A DNA stretch of 64,000 bases from an uncultured delta proteobacterium (GCA_963745035.1 CAVUVW010000010.1:128001-192000), one strand, 5' to 3'. Counted from the stretch's first letter, positions 1-9,339 are shown. Made by a program: numbers and translations. The notes: a model not told the origin generated them from the sequence alone.

Positions 1-249
1 ACGCCGGAGGAGGTCTTCGAGCTGACCGCAAAGAATCTCACTGGGGTCGGCGCTGTGGACGCGATTTATTTCCAAGGCGCGGTGCTCGATCCGATCAAGT
101 GTCTTGATCGGATCGAGTCGGAGCTCCAAAAAACCGTGATCGCCAGCAATCCAGCGATGCTTTGGTATGTTCTCTCCAAGTTGAAACTTTCCTATCCCAT
201 AACTGGGTATGGCCGCCTGCTAAGAGAATGGCCGGCGCTTCCGAAATAG
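1..249 (+). CDS. Maleate cis-trans isomerase / Asp-Glu racemase family protein, C-terminal part (5' truncated by window edge)
   Basis: Frame open from base 1 (TPEEVFELTAKNL..DAIYFQGA..IESELQKTVIASNPAMLW..GYGRLL), matching the C-terminus typical of the maleate isomerase/arylmalonate decarboxylase family. Confidence 0.7.
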   Translation, partial: TPEEVFELTAKNLTGVGAVDAIYFQGAVLDPIKCLDRIESELQKTVIASNPAMLWYVLSKLKLSYPITGYGRLLREWPALPK

Positions 250-251
250 TT

Positions 252-290
252 GTTCAAGCCGTTCAAAACGTTTAAATCGTTCAAACCGTT
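252..290. repeat. 9-nt tandem microrepeat GTTCAAnnn x4
   Basis: GTTCAAGCC GTTCAAAAC GTTTAAATC GTTCAAACC directly after the stop codon; related arrays at 23378 and 58100. Confidence 0.85.
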
Positions 291-306
291 ACGGCGGGAA
301 CGCGAA

Positions 307-336
307 TGTCATCCTGAGGCGAAGCCGAAGGATCTG
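307..336. repeat. REP-like element (TGTCATCCTGAG..GAAGGATCT type)
   Basis: TGTCATCCTGAGGCGAAGCCGAAGGATCT between convergent genes; related degenerate copies at 6339-6408 and 63060-63113. Confidence 0.55.
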
Positions 337-354
337 CTTTTTTCAGGTCGATCG

Positions 355-1176
355 TTAGCTCAGTGTCCGCTTCAGCCAATCCGTTACAATCTCCGACACT
401 TTGTCTTCCGCGCCGACGTAGAAGTGATCGCAGTTGGAGATGATCGCGATCTCGCACGGGCCGGCGCAGTTTTCCTTGAATCGTTCCGCCGGATAGTTTT
501 CTCGCGGCTCCTGGTCGCCGCGAATGAATAGCACCGGACATTTGATTCGCTTGGCGTTTTCCACGAGGTCCGGCGCGTTGGTGAGGCGGTCGAGATAGGT
601 GCGCGCCGAGATCACCCACCACCAGGCGGGAATGAGCATGAGATCGCGCGGTTTGCCGGCGGCGACCAAAGACTCTGCCTGCTTTTTCAGCTCGTCCGGA
701 TTTCCGGCCAGGGAAAAATTTCGCGCCGAGCGCGGATTGCTCATACGATTGCCGCCGGCGTGTGCGGAGAGCAGGATCAAGGCGCGCGTCTCGGGATGAT
801 TCGCCACGTGCTCGCTGGCGAGCACGCCGCCGTTGCTGTGGCCGACGACGATCGGACCGGCGAAGCCTTTTCCGGCCAGATATTTCGCCGCCAGCTCGTT
901 GTCCTCGATTCCTTCGGCGACGGTTTGATAAGCGCCGCCGACGCACTCGCGGCTGTCGTAGGTGCTCACCGAGTCATGGCCGCGCCGGTTGAACGGCATG
1001 AAGACGTAGCCGAGCGAAGTAACATGCGGCGCAAGAAAACGCGCCGCGCACACATAAAAATTCATCTGATTGCCGTGACAATACATCGCCGCGCCCTTGA
1101 TCGGGCCTTCGGGAGTGTAGTACGCAGCATCGAGAGGATGGGTCGGTGTCGGAATACTGATAAGTTCGGTACGCAT
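355..1176 (-). CDS. Alpha/beta fold hydrolase
   Basis: 273 aa; HG oxyanion motif (YCHGN), nucleophile elbow GHSNGG, C-terminal CDHFY His. Confidence 0.85.
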   Translation of the reverse strand: MRTELISIPTPTHPLDAAYYTPEGPIKGAAMYCHGNQMNFYVCAARFLAPHVTSLGYVFMPFNRRGHDSVSTYDSRECVGGAYQTVAEGIEDNELAAKYLAGKGFAGPIVVGHSNGGVLASEHVANHPETRALILLSAHAGGNRMSNPRSARNFSLAGNPDELKKQAESLVAAGKPRDLMLIPAWWWVISARTYLDRLTNAPDLVENAKRIKCPVLFIRGDQEPRENYPAERFKENCAGPCEIAIISNCDHFYVGAEDKVSEIVTDWLKRTLS

Positions 1177-1255
1177 TTCGAGCTCCTGAAGTATTTTCTA
1201 GCCAAAGTATCGTCGAAGCGAGCTCGAATTCAAAGCATTGAAGAAAGGAATTTCT

Positions 1256-2381
1256 ATGCCGGGAGAAAAGATCGCACCGTTTCGCGCCAATCATGTCGGT
1301 AGCCTGTTGCGGCCACCCGAGCTGCACCAGGCGAGGGAACGGCGTCAAAGAGGGGAGATCGGCGCCGCAGAGCTGCGCGCCGTCGAAGACCGCGCAATTC
1401 GCGAAGTGGTAAAAATGCAGGAAGACGTCGGTATGCAAGGGATCACCGACGGCGAATTCCGGCGCACGCTCTGGAACGCCGACTTCTTGAGCCAAATTCA
1501 CGGTATCAAAGTCGTCGAAGGACTCGCGCCGGATGCGACGAAGAGTTTTCAGAACCCCGATTCCAGCGTGCAGCGCTCGCCGACACAATTCGTCGTGACC
1601 GGGAAGCTGGCGCACGACCACGGTATCGAGACTGAGAATTTCAAATTTCTCGCCTCCGTTACCAAGCAAACGCCCAAGCAGTGCATTCCGTCGCCGTCGC
1701 TGGTGCATTTTCGTACGGGACGCGGCGGTGTCGATAAGACTGCATATCCCGCAGATGGAGGAATTCTTCGCTGATTTGGCGCGAGTGTTCCGCGAAGAAA
1801 TCGCCGATCTAGCCGCCGCCGGCTGCCGCTATTTGCAGATCGACGACGTGAACTTCGCGTATCTCTGCGATCCCAAGATGCGCGAAGGTGCGAGGAAGAT
1901 CGGCGAGGATCCGGATAAGCTGCCGGCTTTGTACGCCAGGCTGATCAACGATTGCATTAAAGACCGGCCTGCCGATATGGCGGTGTGCACCCATCTCTGC
2001 CGCGGCAATTTCGCCAGCGCATGGGTTGCCGAAGGCGGCTACGATCCGGTGGCGGAAGTGTTGTTCAACGAGTTGGCGGTTGACGGCTACTTTCTCGAAT
2101 TCGATACAGCCCGCGCCGGCAATTTCGCGCCGCTGCGTTACATGCCCAAAGGAAAAAAACTGATTCTCGGACTGGTCACCTCGAAATCCGGCGAGCTCGA
2201 GAATCCCGACGACTTAAAGCGCCGCATCGACGACGCGAGCAAGCTCGTGCCGCTCGACCAGCTCGGCATCAGCCCGCAGTGCGGCTTTTCCAGCACGGTG
2301 CTGGGCAACAAATTGACGATCGATGACCAGATCGCCAAGCTCAAGTTGGTCGTTCAGGTGGCGAAGGAGGTGTGGGGATAG
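1256..2381 (+). CDS. Cobalamin-independent methionine synthase II-like (single-barrel MetE/YxjH-type) protein; one frameshift near 1750
   Basis: HVGSLLRP, ITDGEFRR, Zn ligands HLCRGN and SPQCGF; ORFs 1238-1774 and 1728-2381 join on removing one C in TATCCCGCAG. Confidence 0.85.
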
Positions 2382-2469
2382 ACACCTGGAACGCTGCCAA
2401 TGCGGCAAAAGAGTTTGTTGCTTCGCCGGGAGTTTTGTGAATAATTTAGTGTTCTAAGGAGGGCATGTC

Positions 2470-2781
2470 ATGAGACGGAAAATTTGTACGACGGCGGCTG
2501 CGATCGTATTGACGTCTGCGCTTTGGGGATGTCAGGCGATGACTGGAAGGACCGCGGGGGAGAATCTCGACGATACCAATGTCACCGCTGCGGTGAAGGC
2601 TCAGTTGGGGCAGGATAAGCTGTCGACGTTGACGCGCATCGAAGTCGATACCAACGACGGCGTGGTGGCGCTCAACGGCACGGTCGAATCTGCAGAGCAG
2701 CGTGCCCGCGCGGAACAATTGGCCCGAAAGGTCAACGGCGTCAAACGGGTGGTCAATAACCTGCAAGTGCAGCGTAAGTGA
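2470..2781 (+). CDS. BON domain lipoprotein (OsmY-like)
   Basis: RBS AGGAGG, lipobox LWGC, single BON domain (DDTNVTAAVKAQL..IEVDTNDGVVALNGTV..VNGVKRVVNNL). Confidence 0.9.
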   Translation: MRRKICTTAAAIVLTSALWGCQAMTGRTAGENLDDTNVTAAVKAQLGQDKLSTLTRIEVDTNDGVVALNGTVESAEQRARAEQLARKVNGVKRVVNNLQVQRK

Positions 2782-2811
2782 CTGCCGATTTTTGTTGGAT
2801 CCTGTCGCTGT

Positions 2812-2853
2812 GAGGACGGACGGAGGATGAAGATCGCGAGTCTTCGATCCTCC
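2812..2853. repeat. Degenerate GAGGATn 7-mer tandem/inverted element
   Basis: GAGGACGGACGGAGGATGAAGATCGCGAGTCTTCGATCCTCC between convergent genes; same family as 24827-24889. Confidence 0.55.
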
Positions 2854-2882
2854 AACGCCTTGGCGTAATCTCGGGCCCGCGC

Positions 2883-3869
2883 TTACTTGTTCACCGCATC
2901 GATAAAGCCGCTCTTTTCGAGCTGTTCGACGACCGAGAAGTCAACGAACTGTTCCGGTTTCGGCAGAGGTTTTTTCCCCGCGAAGTGGTTTTCGACCAGG
3001 AACTGCACCGCCTTCAATGACGGCCGCGGGGTTTTCTGCAAGGTCGGTGCGTAGTCCTGCCAAGTTCCTTCGAGTATCTCGTCATCGCTAATTTTGCCGT
3101 ATTTGGCGAGGACCTTCTTGCTGAATGCCTTATCAGTCCGGTACCGGTGCATTCCGCGGGTGAAGCCGCGTAGGAAACGAACGGCTGTGTCGCGGTTTTG
3201 GTTGATGAAGGCTCTGGTCGTGATTACAGTGCCGTTGATGTCTTCGACGCCGAGATCAGCGAAATTGATCAGCTCGCGCATACCGAGCTGCGCTGCCTTA
3301 GGGTACAGCGGAAAGCTCAAAGCGCCGGCTTGAATGGCGCCGCTCTGCAGCCCCGCGAAAACTTCAGGCTGCGCCCCGAAAGAAAGCAGGGCGACGTCTT
3401 TGTTCGGTTCCAGATTGAATTTCTTGAGAGCGATCCGAACCACTTGATCGGAAGTGGAGCCGAAAGTCGTGATGCCGGCTTTCTTCCCTTTCAAGTCCGC
3501 CGGCTGCCTTATTTCGGGGCGAACCATCAAACGAAAGGGGGACACAGTTCCGGTGGCGCCGATGATCACGACATCGCCGCCCGCGGCAGTGGCCGCGACC
3601 GCCGCGGCGGCGCCCGCTTGTATGATCGGCGCGCTGCCGCCGAGCATGGCCGCGACCATGCGCGTGCTGCCGCCGACGCGAATCAATTCGACGTCCAGAC
3701 CCTCATCCAGAAAATAACCGGCTTCTTTGGCAATCCAGGCGGTCGCCCACGAACCGGCGAAGCTGGGGTAGAGGAGCCGCATCGGCATCGGCGCCGAGGC
3801 TGCGAAAGCGGCCGCGGGTACCAAGACAGAAACCATAGATAGAATGATCGTTCGCAACGTTCTTGACAT
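2883..3869 (-). CDS. ABC transporter substrate-binding protein, NitT/TauT (SsuA/THI5-like) family
   Basis: Signal peptide, AKEAGYFLDEGLDVEL, DLKGKKAGITTFGS motifs, RBS GGAGG. Confidence 0.9.
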   Translation of the reverse strand: MSRTLRTIILSMVSVLVPAAAFAASAPMPMRLLYPSFAGSWATAWIAKEAGYFLDEGLDVELIRVGGSTRMVAAMLGGSAPIIQAGAAAAVAATAAGGDVVIIGATGTVSPFRLMVRPEIRQPADLKGKKAGITTFGSTSDQVVRIALKKFNLEPNKDVALLSFGAQPEVFAGLQSGAIQAGALSFPLYPKAAQLGMRELINFADLGVEDINGTVITTRAFINQNRDTAVRFLRGFTRGMHRYRTDKAFSKKVLAKYGKISDDEILEGTWQDYAPTLQKTPRPSLKAVQFLVENHFAGKKPLPKPEQFVDFSVVEQLEKSGFIDAVNK

Positions 3870-3902
3870 GCATACCTCCGTGCAAAGGTTCGAAAGGGTG
3901 AT

Positions 3903-4151
3903 TCAGTTCAGTTCCCGTTTCCAGCGACTTCGCGAAACAGTCGCATAAAATTTCCGCCGATGATTTTTTGAATTGGCGCCGTCGGTCGAGTCCGCGAGTA
4001 GCGCTTGGTCGCCAAGTAACGCGCGCAGCAGAGTCGAATCGATGAACACCCCGCCAAGTCCCGCGACGAGGAAGCGAAAAAATCCGCGCCGTGCAATCGA
4101 AGGATGGGCGGCGCGAGACGTTTGCCGTTGAGCTGGTTCGCGAGCAGTCAT
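3903..4151 (-). CDS. Small hypothetical protein with twin-arginine-like motif
   Basis: 82 aa from ATG 4151; IARRGFFRFLVAGLGG resembles a Tat signal; co-oriented upstream of the binding protein. Confidence 0.4.
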   Translation of the reverse strand: MTAREPAQRQTSRAAHPSIARRGFFRFLVAGLGGVFIDSTLLRALLGDQALLADSTDGANSKNHRRKFYATVSRSRWKRELN

Positions 4152-4246
4152 TGAAATTGTTTGTGACGGGGATGTCTTCCAAATTACACGGCCCTTGTTC
4201 GCATCCGGCACCTCGGCCATGTAAAAAGGAGCGCAGGCGATCCAGG

Positions 4247-5470
4247 ATGCAGCGTGAACATACATCAAAGCCGGCGCTTTTGAAAAGTTCGCAGGAGCGC
4301 CCGGCCGGCTCGGCTTTCAAAGCGCAACTCGGGCCGGTTTATTTTCTCGTCGTCATCTTTTTGCTCAACTTCGTTTCACGCATCATTCTCTCGCCGCTGC
4401 TGCCGACGATCGAAAAAGAATTGGCGATCACCCACAGCCAGGCTGGCTTTTTTTTCTTTTTGACTTCCGGCGGCTATCTGGCGGGGTTGTTGTCCTCCGG
4501 TTTGCTCGCGTCGCGCACGAGCCATCGAGTGACGATCGTCGTTGCCAGCGCGGGCGTCGGCGCCGCGATGTTAGCCGTCGCCTTTGCCGGCGGCTTGGGC
4601 GTGATGCGCTGCGCGCTTTTTAGCGTCGGATTCGCCGCCGGCCTTTACATGCCCTCGGCGATCGCCACCATCACGGCTCTGGTCGATCGCCCGCACTGGG
4701 GCAAGGCGATCGCAGTGCACGAGCTCGCGCCCAACCTGGCATTCTTTATAAGCCCGTTTATCGCCGAGTTGTTTCTCAAATGGGCGAGCTGGCGGTCGGC
4801 ATTGGCCGTTCTGGGCGCTTTGTCGATTCTTGCAAGCGCTGGGTTTGCGCGGTTCGGCAGGGGCGGCGAGTTTCCCGGAGAGTCGCCGCTATCGAGCGCA
4901 TTCGGCGCGCTCGCCCGCATACCGACATTCTGGCTGATGATCATTCTCTTTGGCTTCGGCGTGAGCTCGACGGTGGGCGTATACGCGATGCTGCCGCTTT
5001 ATCTGGTTACGGAACGCGCCTTCGATCCGAGCTGGGCGAACACGATTCTGGCATTTTCCCGTTCCCATGGTCCGATTCTCGGACTACTCGGCGGCTGGGC
5101 GTCCGATAAACTCGGCGCGGGACGCACGATGGTCATTAGCTTGGGATTCACCGGGATCACTACGTTGCTGTTGGGTTTGCTTTCGGACGCGGGCCTCGGC
5201 GCTGTGGTGCTGGTCCAGCCATTGGTTGCCGTGTGGTTTTTTCCCGCGGCCTTTGCGGCGATCGCCATGATCACCCCGCCCAACGCGCGCAATCTCGCGG
5301 TGTCGTTCTCGGTGCCGTTCGGATTTCTTATCGGCGGCGGTCTGATTCCCACCATGATCGGGGCGATGGGCGATGCCGGTTCCTTCGCGACCGGATTCGT
5401 GATCACCGGCTCGCTTATTTTTTCCGGCGGGTTGTTGGCGCTGACGCTGAAATTGCCGGAGAAAGCGTGA
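4247..5470 (+). CDS. MFS transporter
   Basis: About 12 hydrophobic segments, loop motif GWASDKLGAGR; start placed at MQREH. Confidence 0.9.
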   Translation: MQREHTSKPALLKSSQERPAGSAFKAQLGPVYFLVVIFLLNFVSRIILSPLLPTIEKELAITHSQAGFFFFLTSGGYLAGLLSSGLLASRTSHRVTIVVASAGVGAAMLAVAFAGGLGVMRCALFSVGFAAGLYMPSAIATITALVDRPHWGKAIAVHELAPNLAFFISPFIAELFLKWASWRSALAVLGALSILASAGFARFGRGGEFPGESPLSSAFGALARIPTFWLMIILFGFGVSSTVGVYAMLPLYLVTERAFDPSWANTILAFSRSHGPILGLLGGWASDKLGAGRTMVISLGFTGITTLLLGLLSDAGLGAVVLVQPLVAVWFFPAAFAAIAMITPPNARNLAVSFSVPFGFLIGGGLIPTMIGAMGDAGSFATGFVITGSLIFSGGLLALTLKLPEKA

Positions 5471-5511
5471 CGCGGTTGTCTTTGCCGCACCGGCTGTTCT
5501 ATAGATTCTTC

Positions 5512-6267
5512 ATGATGACCTTGAATGATTTTGCCGAGAAAATGCGCGCGAGCGAGGATATCGTGGTTTTTACCGGCGCCGGCATCAGCACGGAATCCGG
5601 CATTCCCGATTTTCGCAGCCCCGGCGGCATCTGGACGCGCTATCGGCCGATCACGTTTCAGGAATATATCAGCAGCGAAACAGCACGAATCGAGGCGTGG
5701 AGGCGGCGGCTCGAGGGTTGGGAGCAGTACAAGAACGCCAGACCGAACATCGGCCACTATTTCATCCAGTCGCTCGATGCCAAGGGCAAGCTGATCGGCT
5801 TGATTACGCAGAACGTAGACGGTCTCCACAGTGCAGCTGGTCTTACGGAGGAGAAAATCGTCGAGCTGCACGGCAGCAACCGGCAGGTGCTCTGTTTGAG
5901 TTGCGAACGGACTTACGATCCCGACGAAATCATCCAGCGGTTAGTCGGCGAATTCGAGTCGCCCAAGTGCAGCGCTTGCGGCGGCATCCTCAAGTCCGCG
6001 ACGGTGTCGTTCGGCCAAGCGATGCCGGAAAAAGCCATGCGCCAGGCGCAAGAGTGGACCGCGCAGGCCGAGGTGTTCGTCGTGATGGGATCGTCTTTGC
6101 AAGTGCAGCCGGCGGCGTCGTTTCCGATGACGGCGAAGCGCAATGACGCGCTGCTGGCGATTATTAACCGGGAGCCCGGCCCGCTCGACGACGTCGCGGA
6201 CTTCGTGCACCACGGCGCCATCGGCGAATTTTGCGCGCGCTTCGGCGAGATGATCGCCGACGGATAA
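5512..6267 (+). CDS. cobB: Sir2-family NAD-dependent protein deacylase
   Basis: GAGISTESGIPDFRS, TQNVDGLH, ELHGS, two CxxC Zn pairs, GSSLQVQPAA, IINRE. Confidence 0.92.
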   Translation: MMTLNDFAEKMRASEDIVVFTGAGISTESGIPDFRSPGGIWTRYRPITFQEYISSETARIEAWRRRLEGWEQYKNARPNIGHYFIQSLDAKGKLIGLITQNVDGLHSAAGLTEEKIVELHGSNRQVLCLSCERTYDPDEIIQRLVGEFESPKCSACGGILKSATVSFGQAMPEKAMRQAQEWTAQAEVFVVMGSSLQVQPAASFPMTAKRNDALLAIINREPGPLDDVADFVHHGAIGEFCARFGEMIADG

Positions 6268-6338
6268 ATCGAAGCAGATACACCACGAAGTGATTCATGA
6301 GCTCATGCTCGTCCGCAGATGCTGAAAATACGTGCGAA

Positions 6339-6408
6339 AGATTCCTCACATCCGTTCGGAATGACAACAACAGTAGACAAATGTCATTTCAAAGGAAGTG
6401 AAAAATCT
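6339..6408. repeat. Inverted pair of degenerate REP-like elements
   Basis: AGATTCCTCACATCCGTTCGGAATGACA followed by TGTCATTTCAAAGGAAGTGAAAAATCT. Confidence 0.45.
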
Positions 6409-6432
6409 TCTATCTGTTATTTCAAAGGGAGG

Positions 6433-6500
6433 CCGCGAAGCACACGAAGATCTCAAATAGACGTAATCCAAACTTCGTGATCTTCGTGAACTTCGTGGTG
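6433..6500. repeat. CACGAAG/CTTCGTG 9-nt tandem plus inverted microrepeat
   Basis: CGCGAAG CACACGAAG, spacer, then CTTCGTGAT CTTCGTGAA CTTCGTGGTG. Confidence 0.75.
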
Positions 6501-6542
6501 TGTAAGGAAACCGTGACGAGCGCGCGATAAAGAGGAAACGTT

Positions 6543-7547
6543 ATGACTGATTGGAAACTGATCGACGCCGACGGCCATATCCGCGAAGTGGAAAGCGACG
6601 TATTCGAGTATCTGCCCGATTATTACAAGAGCCGGCGCGAGGCGGTGCTCTATTTCCCGCTGTTGCCGCACCATGGCTGGCACCGGCAAGCCGGGCGCGC
6701 CGGCATCGGCGCTTCATTTATGATTCCCACGCTGGAAGATTGGCGCCGGGCCCTCGACCAAGGCAACATCGAAGCCGCCGTCGTCTATCCCACGCGCTTC
6801 ATGCATATCGGCCAAGTCGGCATGACCGAGTTCGCGGTCGATCTCAGCCGCGCGTACAACGATTATCTGCACGACCGCTTTCTCCGACCGGAGCCTCGCT
6901 TGAAGGGCATCGCCGTGTTGCCGCTGCAGGACGTGGCCGCGGCGGTCGCCGAGCTGCGCCGGTCGGTGAAAGACTACGGCATGGTCGGTGGCCTGCTGCC
7001 GGCCGACGGCTTGCCGCGCCCGCTCGGCCATCCGGAGTTCCATCCGCTCTACGAAGAGGCCAATCGGCTCGGTTGCATGCTGGCGGTGCACTCGCAGAAC
7101 TCTCTGCGCAACAACGATCTATTCATGTGGCGCGGCGAAGCCGCGACGCTCGCTCACGTCTGGCCGCAGATGCGCCAATTTACCAACCTGATGTTTTCCG
7201 GTCTGCTCGGGCGGCTGCCCGACTTAAAAATCGCCTTTCTCGAAGCGGGCTGCGGCTGGGTGCCCTATTTGATGAGCAAGATGGGCGCGCGCATGGGCGA
7301 GGCCTTGCCGCCCGCGAAGTTGATCGAGCGCGGGCAAGTCTATTTTCAGTGCGGCGAGGAGATGACTACGGCCCGCGATGTGGAGCTGCTCGGCGATGAA
7401 TGCTTGTTCTGGGCGTCGGACTTTCCGCACGAAGGCATCGTCGATATGAGCAAGGCGGTGGACGAATTCTTGCGCCGGGAAGATCTTGCCGAGGGCGCGA
7501 AACGCAAGATCGGCTACGACAATCCGAAAAGGCTTTACAGACTTTAA
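6543..7547 (+). CDS. Amidohydrolase_2 family protein (metal-dependent hydrolase/decarboxylase)
   Basis: IDADGH, AYNDYL, AVH, FLEAGCGWVP, WASDFPH, GYDNPKRLY. Confidence 0.9.
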   Translation: MTDWKLIDADGHIREVESDVFEYLPDYYKSRREAVLYFPLLPHHGWHRQAGRAGIGASFMIPTLEDWRRALDQGNIEAAVVYPTRFMHIGQVGMTEFAVDLSRAYNDYLHDRFLRPEPRLKGIAVLPLQDVAAAVAELRRSVKDYGMVGGLLPADGLPRPLGHPEFHPLYEEANRLGCMLAVHSQNSLRNNDLFMWRGEAATLAHVWPQMRQFTNLMFSGLLGRLPDLKIAFLEAGCGWVPYLMSKMGARMGEALPPAKLIERGQVYFQCGEEMTTARDVELLGDECLFWASDFPHEGIVDMSKAVDEFLRREDLAEGAKRKIGYDNPKRLYRL

Positions 7548-7611
7548 AAATTGGCTCCAAGGTTCCAATGATTCAGCTGTTCCAAATGGTCGAAATCCCG
7601 AGTATGTTGCG

Positions 7612-7635
7612 AAGGTGAATACAAAGGTGAATACA
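7612..7635. repeat. Perfect 12-nt tandem repeat AAGGTGAATACA x2
   Basis: Seen directly in the sequence; lies next to degenerate GTTCCAA units at 7555-7592. Confidence 0.7.
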
Positions 7636-7739
7636 AATGACGCGCGGTAGTCCATAGCCTCTGTGGTTTGCTACGTGCAACAACGTTCGGAACCTGCCTA
7701 TTTCGGTTCATTAAAAACATTATACAAGTTGAGTGTGCG

Positions 7740-8507
7740 ATGAGGGGAAGTCGGTTCGCATCTGCTTCGCTATTTTCGATCTGCTTCCTTGTTTCCACGG
7801 CAGGGGCTTTCGGAACTTCTATTGTCATTATTAGGACCCCTCGAGAGATAGTCGTAGGCGCTGACAGCATGACCACCATCGAGGGACGGGCACCAATCCA
7901 GTCCTGCAAAATTCATAGGCTCAAAAATGGCCTTTACTTTGTTTCAGCCGGTTATGCCAATGATCTTTTGGCCGGCGGGACCTATGACGTTGTGCACGAA
8001 GTCCATCAGGCAGCTGGCGAGGCTCAATCCTTAAACGCAGCTGTTGATGCTACCAGAGTCGCTTTCCGAGCGGCTTTCTTACAGCAACTCGAACAGCGCC
8101 GTTTACAAGAACCCGATCACTTCGAGCGCAATTTTTATCGATTACGGATAGTGCAGGTAGCCCTTTTTGGCATAGAGCAAGGTGATCCGATCGTAGAAAA
8201 ACTCACGTTCAGAGCATTTAACGAAGTACCCGATCTTCGAATAGAGAGTCACAGGGAGCGGTGCCCAGGTGATTGCCCTGGGGATGTGGCCCCTATCTTC
8301 ATTGGAGAAGAGCAAGCCATGCGCAACCATATCGGCGAAACCGAATTTCGCGAGCGCGACTCTCTGACGTCGATAGCAGAGAAGCTAATTCACGTGGCTA
8401 TATCAGCGAGTCCGAACACTGTCGGTCCGCCCGTTGTTGTCTTTCGCCTTCAAGAGCGAGGCGCTTCCTGGGTAAAAGGAGAAACTATCTGCCGCCACGC
8501 TCAATAG
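7740..8507 (+). CDS. Predicted exported proteasome-beta/HslV-like Ntn-hydrolase-fold protein
   Basis: Signal-like MRGSRFASASLFSICFLVSTAGAFG, then TSIVIIRTPREIVVGADS (T1, D17), SCKIH (K32), VSAG, C-terminal TVGPPVVVFRL; visibly lower GC than flanks. Confidence 0.65.
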   Translation: MRGSRFASASLFSICFLVSTAGAFGTSIVIIRTPREIVVGADSMTTIEGRAPIQSCKIHRLKNGLYFVSAGYANDLLAGGTYDVVHEVHQAAGEAQSLNAAVDATRVAFRAAFLQQLEQRRLQEPDHFERNFYRLRIVQVALFGIEQGDPIVEKLTFRAFNEVPDLRIESHRERCPGDCPGDVAPIFIGEEQAMRNHIGETEFRERDSLTSIAEKLIHVAISASPNTVGPPVVVFRLQERGASWVKGETICRHAQ

Positions 8508-8544
8508 AACCGATTCACAAAGTAAATAGTCGGAACGCCTGGAC

Positions 8545-8940
8545 CTAAGCCTGCTCGACGTTAGATTCCCTCTGCGCCTGTCGCAAGATATCTTTGCGCG
8601 TCACGTAGTCGATGATCTGGATTTTTTCCGCCGGTCCCGAGCGGTTACCCATCATGATCATCGGCCCGTCGCCGGTGTTCTCCAGCGTGTAGAAAGAACC
8701 CCCCGTGATCAGCGCGGCCTGGCCGGGCTTTAACGTCACTTTGCCGCCGTCCGGAAAGCTCATCGTGCATTCGCCGTCCAAGACGACGAAAGTCTGATCG
8801 GCGTTGTGGCAGTGCATGGAGTCTTTCTGTCCGGGCTTATAATAATGCATCCAGGCATGAAAGCGCGGCGTGTTGAAGACGTTTTTGCGCTTTTGTTCCG
8901 TGTGCGCCATTTCCATTAGATCGATCACTTCGATGCTCAT
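8545..8940 (-). CDS. Cupin domain protein
   Basis: MHCHNADQTFVVLDGEC and LKPGQAALITGG cupin motifs. Confidence 0.85.
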   Translation of the reverse strand: MSIEVIDLMEMAHTEQKRKNVFNTPRFHAWMHYYKPGQKDSMHCHNADQTFVVLDGECTMSFPDGGKVTLKPGQAALITGGSFYTLENTGDGPMIMMGNRSGPAEKIQIIDYVTRKDILRQAQRESNVEQA

Positions 8941-8958
8941 GACAAAATTCCTCCTTTG

Positions 8959-9339
8959 TTATAAGACTGCGATCACTTCGATTTGGAACAATACTTCACC
9001 GCGCAGCTCCGCCTTGAGCGCGTGCCGCGCCGGCCGGTCGTGCTCATCGGGAAACATCTTGAGCCATGCTTTGTTCACCGCATCGCGCAGCTTTTCCTCT
9101 TTCAAGTAAACTTTCATGTAAGCGATATCGCCGGGCGCACCGCCGGCCGCTTCCATGAAGAGATGCAAATTGCGAAACATGGCGGCGGCTTGCTCGTCCG
9201 GATCGGGCGAGAGCACGCCGGTCTTGGCGTCCTTGCCCGAGATCGCCGAAGAAAAAATCATGTTGCCGATGACCGCGCCGTTGGGTATCGGCGCGCCATG
9301 TTCCATGCCTTTGATGTGAAGGCTTTTGCGTTTTGCCAT
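8959..9339 (-). CDS. RidA/YjgF/YER057c/UK114 family protein
   Basis: GNMIFSSAISG, FPDEHDRPARHA (conserved Arg), FQIEVIAV. Confidence 0.88.
   Translation of the reverse strand: MAKRKSLHIKGMEHGAPIPNGAVIGNMIFSSAISGKDAKTGVLSPDPDEQAAAMFRNLHLFMEAAGGAPGDIAYMKVYLKEEKLRDAVNKAWLKMFPDEHDRPARHALKAELRGEVLFQIEVIAVL

Noticed and set aside
5512-6267. Sir2 gene as an anti-phage (Thoeris/DSR-type) NADase
   Set aside because: It is a canonical Zn-finger sirtuin deacylase of normal length with no defence partner genes
6453-6689. His-rich ORF ending HHEVHEDHEV as a metal-binding peptide
   Set aside because: The His/Glu pattern is the translation of the CACGAAG 9-mer repeat, and the ORF overlaps the amidohydrolase antisense
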